Shown here piece after piece: positions 57,663 through 64,000 of a stretch of DNA of 64,000 nucleotides. Position 1 is the stretch's first letter. Each line of letters opens with the position of its first letter. Below the pieces are notes generated by a model, which saw only the letters and a program-made list of their open reading frames with translations, made no database searches and was not told the origin of the DNA. The DNA is from an uncultured delta proteobacterium (lineage in GTDB: Bacteria > Desulfobacterota > Binatia > Binatales > Binataceae). The stretch lies in NCBI GenBank assembly GCA_963794325.1, contig CAWCDG010000002.1, positions 288,001 to 352,000 of the forward strand. Reading direction: 5' to 3'. Both the position numbers and the translations under genes were made by a program.

Positions 57663-58159
57663 TTGGGCTCTGCGGAAAGGACTTCGACGAGCTTGATGCT
57701 GGCCCCCTTGAGCATTTCGGCGACGGTGTGGAGCTTGTAAGGGCGCGCGTAATACACGGTGCGGACGCCGGTGTTGATGAGCACCTTGAGGCACTGGATG
57801 CACGGCGTGTGGGTGACGTAGATGTCGGCATCGCGGATGGCGACGCCGTTGCGAGCCGCTTGCGAGATCGCGTTGATCTCGGCGTGGATCGTGCGAAAGC
57901 AGTTCTGCTCGATTTCACCGTCGGGTGTGCGCGATTCGTAGACGAGGCAGCCGACCTCGGTGCAATGCGGCAATCCGGCCGGCGAGCCGTTGTAGCCGGT
58001 CGCAAGAATACTGCGGTCGCGAACGATGACGGCGCCGACTTGTGCGCGCAGGCAGGTCGAGCGCTCGGCGACCTGGCGCGTAATCGTCATGAAATATTGG
58101 TCCCAGCTTGGGCGAGGGGCCGCGGATTGCGGACGTTTGTTAGTCGGACTCTCAGCCAA
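57659..58159 (-). CDS. dCMP deaminase (ComEB-like)
   Basis: RPSWDQYFM, RSTCLR, ATGYNG, HAEINA, PCIQC. Confidence 0.92.
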   Translation of the reverse strand: MAESPTNKRPQSAAPRPSWDQYFMTITRQVAERSTCLRAQVGAVIVRDRSILATGYNGSPAGLPHCTEVGCLVYESRTPDGEIEQNCFRTIHAEINAISQAARNGVAIRDADIYVTHTPCIQCLKVLINTGVRTVYYARPYKLHTVAEMLKGASIKLVEVLSAEPK

Positions 58160-58191
58160 GAATTTCTCCTCGGTAAATCGCTCGAACGATA

Positions 58192-59274
58192 TCAGATTTT
58201 GACACGCCGTAGCTGCCGCAGCATCTGATCATACTGTGGCGCGTGATGAATTATTTCCTGGCTGTGACTGGTTTCAGGAGTGGGCGGAGGAGCTTCCGGT
58301 TGCACGAATGCGAGCGGCACCGGGCTGAAGGTAACGATGAACAGCGTGACTGTTGCCCATGCGGCGAAAGCGCGGCGCGGGTTCAGCGGTGTGTCGCGAT
58401 CGATAGTGGACGGATGTCCCAATCCCAGAGCTATCGAGAGCAGCGCCCATATCAGCCATCCGCCCCAGAAACTTAGTCCGAGAGCGAGCGGCACCAGGAC
58501 CATCAACACGCATGAGATGACGAAGAGCACCGAGATCGTGCGATGGCGGCGCGGGAACAGCGCGTAGATCACGTGACCGCCGTCGAGCTGCCCGACTGGA
58601 AGCAGGTTCAGCGTCGTGACGAACAGTCCGATCCATCCGGCAAATGCGATCGGATTCAGATTCACGTTAACCGTCGAAGGATCGACACCGAGCACCAGAT
58701 GCGAGAGGCCGAGGAACAGAAGCGAGTTGCCGAGCTCGAGTCCTCCGGCGGATTTGTCGAGCGGGGTCACGTCGGAAAGATAGAGCCCGATGATAACGGC
58801 GGGTATCGCGAGCATCACGCCTGCCCATGGACCGGCAGCGCCGATATCGAACATTATGCGGCGAGTACGCGCCGGCTCGCGCAACCGGATGAATGCTCCG
58901 AAAGTCCCGATGATGAAAATCGACGGCGGCGCCGGGATGAAGTAGGGCAGTGAGGCGTCGACGTTGTGATAGCGCGAAGTCAGGTAATGGCCCATCTCAT
59001 GCGCGAGCAGAATCATCATGAGAGGAATCGAGAACGAAAGACCCGAACGCAGCCCCGCGACGGCGAGGAACGGATGCCGGAAGGAGATGTCCTCGCCGTT
59101 CATGTACGCGCCGGCGGTCGTAGTGGTCAGAAGAGTGAGCAAGAGCAGCGCGAGATTCAACGGTGGAATTCGCGGCGCGTCGAGCGTGCGAGCGGCAGGC
59201 TCGGCTGGCGCGGTGTAGCGCGGAATTTCGGTGAGGACTGTGGGGGTGTCCTTGTGTGTGATTATTTCATCCAT
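58192..59274 (-). CDS. site-2 protease (M50 family)
   Basis: HEMGH, GTFGAFI, AGP, NLLPVGQLDGGH. Confidence 0.93.
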   Translation of the reverse strand: MDEIITHKDTPTVLTEIPRYTAPAEPAARTLDAPRIPPLNLALLLLTLLTTTTAGAYMNGEDISFRHPFLAVAGLRSGLSFSIPLMMILLAHEMGHYLTSRYHNVDASLPYFIPAPPSIFIIGTFGAFIRLREPARTRRIMFDIGAAGPWAGVMLAIPAVIIGLYLSDVTPLDKSAGGLELGNSLLFLGLSHLVLGVDPSTVNVNLNPIAFAGWIGLFVTTLNLLPVGQLDGGHVIYALFPRRHRTISVLFVISCVLMVLVPLALGLSFWGGWLIWALLSIALGLGHPSTIDRDTPLNPRRAFAAWATVTLFIVTFSPVPLAFVQPEAPPPTPETSHSQEIIHHAPQYDQMLRQLRRVKI

Positions 59275-59277
59275 GAT

Positions 59278-60114
59278 TCAAGTGCGGCCTGCGCGCGCGA
59301 TCAGCGATACCGGAGTGCCGGGTCCAGCGGCGAAATGCATGGCAGCGTTGCCGTCGCGAATCGCGACTTCGAGCAGGCCGAAGCTTCCGAATATTCCGAG
59401 AGGAGCACCTTTGGGCGCGTCACCATAAGCATCAAGCAATCGCATCGCCGCGCCACGATTGATCCTAACGGAAAGGGATTTGTGGCGAAAGCGAGCGCTG
59501 AACTGCTCGGCGGCGGCACGATCGATATTGCTCACCAGGTTGCCGAAGCCGTCCACGTAGATCACTTCACCACGCACTTCGCGCGCCGACGCCACTGGAC
59601 TCGGCAGCTCGAGCTGCACGATCGAGGCCGGGTCGAGCGGGGGCCCCAGCGCGGAAATAGGCGTGCCTCGCCACAGATACGCTGCGGCGGGAGCAAAGAT
59701 GTCGCGGCCATGGAAGGTAGCGCTCACGTTGGTAAGACGATGGCGCGCCGAAATCAGTTTCACGACTCGCTTGATTCCAGCCTGACTGGCGGCCAGCCAC
59801 AGAAGGCCGTTGTCGGGTCCAACGAAGCGGGCCCCGGCGCGAGTTTCGATGGCGATTGGCGCACGCGCGGTGCCGACGCCGGGATCGACCACCGCCAGGA
59901 ACACGGTTCGCGGCGGGAAATAGCGCCAGGATTCGCGCAAAGCGATCGCGCCGGCGGCTGTGCATTGTGCAACGACGCCGTGGGTGATGTCGATGACGGT
60001 GGCGGCGGGAGCGATCGACGCGATGACGCCTTTCATCACGCCGGCGTAATTATCGCGGTAGCCGAAATCAGTTATAATCGCGAGCGGAAAGGGGTTTCGC
60101 GCGAGCGTCGGCAT
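59278..60114 (-). CDS. DUF62 SAM hydrolase (SAM-dependent halogenase superfamily)
   Basis: TDFG, DITH, VVDPGVGTAR, GPDNG, TFHGRDIFAP, DGFGN. Confidence 0.9.
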   Translation of the reverse strand: MPTLARNPFPLAIITDFGYRDNYAGVMKGVIASIAPAATVIDITHGVVAQCTAAGAIALRESWRYFPPRTVFLAVVDPGVGTARAPIAIETRAGARFVGPDNGLLWLAASQAGIKRVVKLISARHRLTNVSATFHGRDIFAPAAAYLWRGTPISALGPPLDPASIVQLELPSPVASAREVRGEVIYVDGFGNLVSNIDRAAAEQFSARFRHKSLSVRINRGAAMRLLDAYGDAPKGAPLGIFGSFGLLEVAIRDGNAAMHFAAGPGTPVSLIARAGRT

Positions 60115-60184
60115 CGCAGTAGTAGACCGCGAAACAGCGAGGTCGCGCAATTCGGAATCGATTAAATCGCGTCAATCAAATTCA

Positions 60185-61693
60185 ATGAACGAGAAACTTC
60201 CGCCGGACGATCGGCGAGAACCGGCTGGCGCTGTGCTGCTGATCGCACTCGCGGTGGGCACGATACTGCGATTTTTCAGGCTCGGCGCGCACGAATTGTC
60301 GATCGACGAATCGCTTTCGTGGGCCGAGTCGTCCGGGCACAACATCAAGGCAGTGCTGCATGTACAGCATCAGCTGGATTCGGGCAAATTCCCGATTTAT
60401 GAAATCGCGCAGCACGGATGGATGAGGACTTTTGGAGATAGCGAGACGGCGATGCGTGCATTGCCGGCGCTAATCGGATCGCTGTCGATCGTGCTGCTGT
60501 TCATTCTGGCGGTGGAGGTGTTGCTGGCGGCAGCGGATGTAAGCACAGATTCAGAGTCCGCGCCACGGGAACCCCGCTCTCCCGTGAAAGAGAGGTTGGA
60601 GAGTCGGAACCGAATCTACCTGGTGGCGGCGATGTGCGCGCTGCTCTTTGCGGTTGGGCTTCCGTCGGTCGAAATCGCGCGCCAGGCGAGAATGTACTCG
60701 ATGATGGAGGCGTGGATTCTCGCGCAGGTGATTTTCCTGTATCGAGCGAGGCGGCTCGGAGGTTTTGCGAATTATGCTGGCCTCACTTTTTTCTCGGCGA
60801 TCGCGCTGGCGACCAATTTTACTGCGGCGCTGGTCATCGTCGCCGAAGCACTGTGGCTAATCTACCTCTACTTTGCGGATAGCGATGCGCGAAATCTGAA
60901 AAACCCGCGGCTCTGGTGGATCGGAGCGTCGCTGCTTGCGGCGATCGTGTTGCTACTGCCTTTTTTTGCCGGACTGCGATACGGCGTCGAAGGTGTCAAG
61001 CGGGGCGATTACGACTGGATCAAACCGCCTGGTCGTTGGGAGCCATTCGCGACGTTCGAGAGCGCGCTTGGCACTCTTCCGTTCCCGCTATTTGCGCTGT
61101 TCGCGATCGCCGGCGCGGTTCGCTGGTGGCGTGCGCATCGCGATCAGGCAGTCCTTCTAATTCTCTGGATCGTCGTGCCGCCGCTTATCCTATTCGCTGG
61201 ATCGTATGTGGTTACGCCGATGCTAGTGACGCGCTATTTGATATCCTCTTTCGTGCCGTTGTTTATACTCACTGCGATAGGCATTGAGTCTCTTCCAGTA
61301 GGAAGTTATCGTGCTGTGGCTATAGTCGCGATAGTAAGTCTATCAATACTGCGAGTGTCGTCAGATTTCAGGCCCGGAGACAATCGCTGGCGCGAGGCGT
61401 GCAACATGGCGCTGACCAAACTAGGGTCTGAAAGGCGCGTAGGCGCGGCTCACGAGTACTATGTCGTCAGCTACTACATCCCCGCGGCGGAGCGGGACAG
61501 TGTACACGTAGTTCGAATCCCTTTTAGTGGAGCTGAGGACCAGGCGCCGCCGGTGGTGGTGGTTTCGCCGACGGTTGCGCCCGCCCAAATCGCCAAGATT
61601 CGCCGTGAGTATCCGCTAGTCGTGGGGACATTCAAGAATGTGATGGTATTGTCGCGTCACATGGCGGGCGCGCGGAATGTTCCGGTCAACTAG
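60185..61693 (+). CDS. GT-C (PMT/GT39-like) membrane glycosyltransferase
   Basis: LRFFRLG...SIDE, FGDSE.AMRALPAL, QARMYS; multi-TM. Confidence 0.82.
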   Translation: MNEKLPPDDRREPAGAVLLIALAVGTILRFFRLGAHELSIDESLSWAESSGHNIKAVLHVQHQLDSGKFPIYEIAQHGWMRTFGDSETAMRALPALIGSLSIVLLFILAVEVLLAAADVSTDSESAPREPRSPVKERLESRNRIYLVAAMCALLFAVGLPSVEIARQARMYSMMEAWILAQVIFLYRARRLGGFANYAGLTFFSAIALATNFTAALVIVAEALWLIYLYFADSDARNLKNPRLWWIGASLLAAIVLLLPFFAGLRYGVEGVKRGDYDWIKPPGRWEPFATFESALGTLPFPLFALFAIAGAVRWWRAHRDQAVLLILWIVVPPLILFAGSYVVTPMLVTRYLISSFVPLFILTAIGIESLPVGSYRAVAIVAIVSLSILRVSSDFRPGDNRWREACNMALTKLGSERRVGAAHEYYVVSYYIPAAERDSVHVVRIPFSGAEDQAPPVVVVSPTVAPAQIAKIRREYPLVVGTFKNVMVLSRHMAGARNVPVN

Positions 61694-62325
61694 TCGCGAG
61701 GCGCAACTGAGACGTAGCGATTGCCGCGCTCATAAAAACGCCATCTCTTCAATGCCCAGTCTCCGGCGTAGTCGACGTTGATCCTGGGCGATCGGCCGAC
61801 CTTGCCGACTGGGAGATCGGAATGCTCCAGGTACAGCTGGCCGCCGCACAGGTCCCGTCCGTAATCGGCGCCGGTAATAGCCAGTGCATTAGTCAGTTTG
61901 CCGGGGCCATTAGTCAGTTCGCGGGAATCCGGCGATTTGCCCCGCCGCCGGGCCATCAACGCTATACCTCGCAACGGCTCGATTGCCCTGATCAATACGG
62001 CGTGCGGCTCGCCATCAGCGGTTGTAACAATATTTATCGCCCAACTGATTCCGTATAGCAGGTACACATACGCATAGCCCGGAGGTCCGTACATCGCGGC
62101 GGTTCGTTTGGTGAGTCCGCGCGCGCTGTGTGCGGCAAGATCGAGAGGACCGCGATAGGCCTCGACCTCGACGACTCGTCCGGCCGCGATGCCCTGGCCG
62201 GTGCGATGCACGAGGACTTTCCCGATACACTCGCGCGCGACGAGCAAGACCGGCCGAGCATAAAATTCGCGCGGCAGCTTTCGCGACTCAGTCGCCGATA
62301 GCTTTACGGTAGTTTGGGAAAGCAA
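61690..62325 (-). CDS. mpg: DNA-3-methyladenine glycosylase (MPG family)
   Basis: LPREFY, GRVVEVEAY, AYVYLLYG, AVLIRAIEP, NGPGKL; start uncertain (TTG 62325). Confidence 0.9.
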   Translation of the reverse strand: MLSQTTVKLSATESRKLPREFYARPVLLVARECIGKVLVHRTGQGIAAGRVVEVEAYRGPLDLAAHSARGLTKRTAAMYGPPGYAYVYLLYGISWAINIVTTADGEPHAVLIRAIEPLRGIALMARRRGKSPDSRELTNGPGKLTNALAITGADYGRDLCGGQLYLEHSDLPVGKVGRSPRINVDYAGDWALKRWRFYERGNRYVSVAPRD

Positions 62326-62927
62326 GGCAATTCGGGCGCCACCGTGTAGCTGTACTTTCGTCCGCGCCAGGTGAATTCGCCTTGCGCCGGGCCGAACGCA
62401 TCTCTCATGGTGGCGGATCTCTCGCTTTCCGCGATATCGGCGGTCTGAACCGGAGCGTAGGCGAGGAAGTGGCTGGAGCCAGGCGCGAGTGACGACTCGA
62501 CGGGCGGTTGGAAATTGAGCTTGTCGAGCCCAGGCTTGGGCGCCCAACCCGCGGCAGAGCCGTCCGGCGTCCTCACGAACACCCACCGATGCGCAGTGCC
62601 GTCTCCGATCAGCGTCCATTGGCGGCTCTCGGGAGCGCCCTGGTTGATTCGAAGTTCTTCAACACCGGGTGTAGCCGCGACGAGCTGATCGCAATGTTCC
62701 TGCGATGCTGGGTCGGGTCGGCTGGCTTCATTGCGAATGGCGATCTGCTGTTGAGCGTAAGACTCCAGCTGCTGCTGAGTCGGGGGAATCGCGGAAACCG
62801 GCTTGGCCCCAAAATAAGAGCATCCAGCAGAGATGAGAGTCAGCGATCCCACGAATAGCGAAAGAACGATCCGAGGGGGAGGACGCAGAGAGGGCCACGC
62901 GGCGGCGGGCCAAGAGCAAAGAGTCAT
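62304..62927 (-). CDS. hypothetical lipoprotein
   Basis: Hydrophobic stretch with lipobox SAGC. Confidence 0.6.
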   Translation of the reverse strand: MTLCSWPAAAWPSLRPPPRIVLSLFVGSLTLISAGCSYFGAKPVSAIPPTQQQLESYAQQQIAIRNEASRPDPASQEHCDQLVAATPGVEELRINQGAPESRQWTLIGDGTAHRWVFVRTPDGSAAGWAPKPGLDKLNFQPPVESSLAPGSSHFLAYAPVQTADIAESERSATMRDAFGPAQGEFTWRGRKYSYTVAPELPCFPKLP

Positions 62928-63021
62928 AACAGAGAGTTTTCGATCGGAGGCAAGGAAGTCAATGCCGGTGGCTGCTTGTATTCGTCGGAGATCTACTGCA
63001 CGCGACTGAGCGGCGCTTCAA

Positions 63022-63050
63022 TTGACAGTCCGCGGGGCAGTACCTAAACT
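63022..63050 (+). promoter_or_regulatory. sigma70 promoter of tRNA-Gly
   Basis: TTGACA-N17-TAAACT ending 10 nt before the tRNA. Confidence 0.8.
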
Positions 63051-63059
63051 CGCGTCAGA

Positions 63060-63134
<75 letters not shown>

Positions 63135-63135
63135 T

Positions 63136-64000
63136 TTATTCGCGATTACTCACCTGTTGATTTTCGCCGAGCCCGTACACCATCGCGGTCTTGGTGGTGC
63201 CGAGTTTGATCCATTCGGCGCAGTCAAGCTGTACCCTCTTGTAGAACTCTTCGGAGAGATCGAGAGCTTCCTTGCTCACTTCGTCGATCTGATCGAACTT
63301 GCATTGGAACGCGAACTCCCCGGATAGCGATTTTTCCAGAGCGCGACTGCGCCAGATCGCGATGGTGGTCTTGCCCTTGAAGTGATGGCCGAAGTGGATG
63401 ATGCCCATCGTATTCTGGACTTCCTCGACCGCCACGTTGTTCACCAGCATCATTTTGGTTCTGGGTCTTATGTCGATTTTCTTGAGGGTCGGAAACGCGC
63501 GGGCGATGTCCTCGACGCCGCGGTCGAGCTCAATCTTGGGCGACGTAAGCACGCATCCATGAGAATAGACGCTGCGCATCCCGCCCAGGCGGTCGCGCTC
63601 GAGTAACAATTCCTCTTTGAATTTTACCTCGTCGTGTCCACCCAATTGCGGACGTACATCGACGGAGGCCGCTTCTCTGAGGTCGGGCGCGCGAAATTTG
63701 AAGGTCAGCTCGTGATCAGCACGCGGCCATCCCTGATCGTAGAAGGTGCGCTTTCGCAGGATGAAGTGGTGGTTGTAGAGATCGAACTGCGGAGTGTCAT
63801 AGAAGAGCACCTCGCGGACCTGACTGTCGAATGCGTGTTTATCGACGTCCACCTTGATGTGGAGTTTTTTAAGAGTCCTGGATGCCTCTTCCCAAAATTC
63901 GAGAAACCCTTTCTTGCTCACGAACCGATCGGGCTGCAGCAGAATTTTATACTCGCGGTAGTGAACTACGTCGCTGGCGAGATGCTGCGTTTCCGGGTGC
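63136..64000 (-). CDS. hypothetical protein, possibly CYTH/triphosphate-tunnel fold; 5' end beyond the window
   Basis: Frame open to the edge; YREYKILL, VLFYDT..FDL, FILRKR, LTFKFR pattern. Confidence 0.65.
   Translation of the reverse strand, partial: HPETQHLASDVVHYREYKILLQPDRFVSKKGFLEFWEEASRTLKKLHIKVDVDKHAFDSQVREVLFYDTPQFDLYNHHFILRKRTFYDQGWPRADHELTFKFRAPDLREAASVDVRPQLGGHDEVKFKEELLLERDRLGGMRSVYSHGCVLTSPKIELDRGVEDIARAFPTLKKIDIRPRTKMMLVNNVAVEEVQNTMGIIHFGHHFKGKTTIAIWRSRALEKSLSGEFAFQCKFDQIDEVSKEALDLSEEFYKRVQLDCAEWIKLGTTKTAMVYGLGENQQVSNRE

Noticed and set aside
59278-60114. True fluorinase/chlorinase paired with the dehalogenase
   Set aside because: It keeps the Asp/Arg (VVDPGVGTAR) and His (TFHGRD) residues typical of DUF62 SAM hydrolases and lies ~11 kb from the dehalogenase

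Overview
A GC-rich bacterial chromosomal segment. Gene style suggests a soil 'deltaproteobacterial'-type lineage such as Binatota, which is inference only. From left to right: (1) a 3'-truncated sigma54 activator, a DoxX gene, a VapBC pair, and tRNA-Lys(TTT) carrying a decayed ~2.1-kb integrative element bounded by a perfect 44-bp att repeat; (2) a Baeyer-Villiger monooxygenase, YciI, an MFS transporter, a MaoC-type dehydratase, a second VapBC pair and a PAS-kinase/response-regulator/hybrid-kinase cluster; (3) an ~8-kb respiratory operon joining a caa3-type oxidase to a low-potential Rieske/cytochrome b-c complex, with ctaG and pgi appended; (4) a Tad/Flp pilus locus with two tandem pilins behind a sigma54 promoter, followed by a second sigma54 activator with no input domain and its own sigma54 promoter; (5) xdhC-mocA and an ECF sigma/ZAS anti-sigma/periplasmic-protein operon; (6) a GST-sulfatase-haloalkane dehalogenase-DUF1330-TetR cluster; (7) mixed metabolic and envelope genes, then tRNA-Gly(CCC). 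Two REP-like repeat families are present. Three +1 frameshifts cluster at 25.5-26.6 kb and may be consensus errors. No CRISPR array, rRNA or intact transposase was seen. All calls come from motifs read by eye; no database searches were run.
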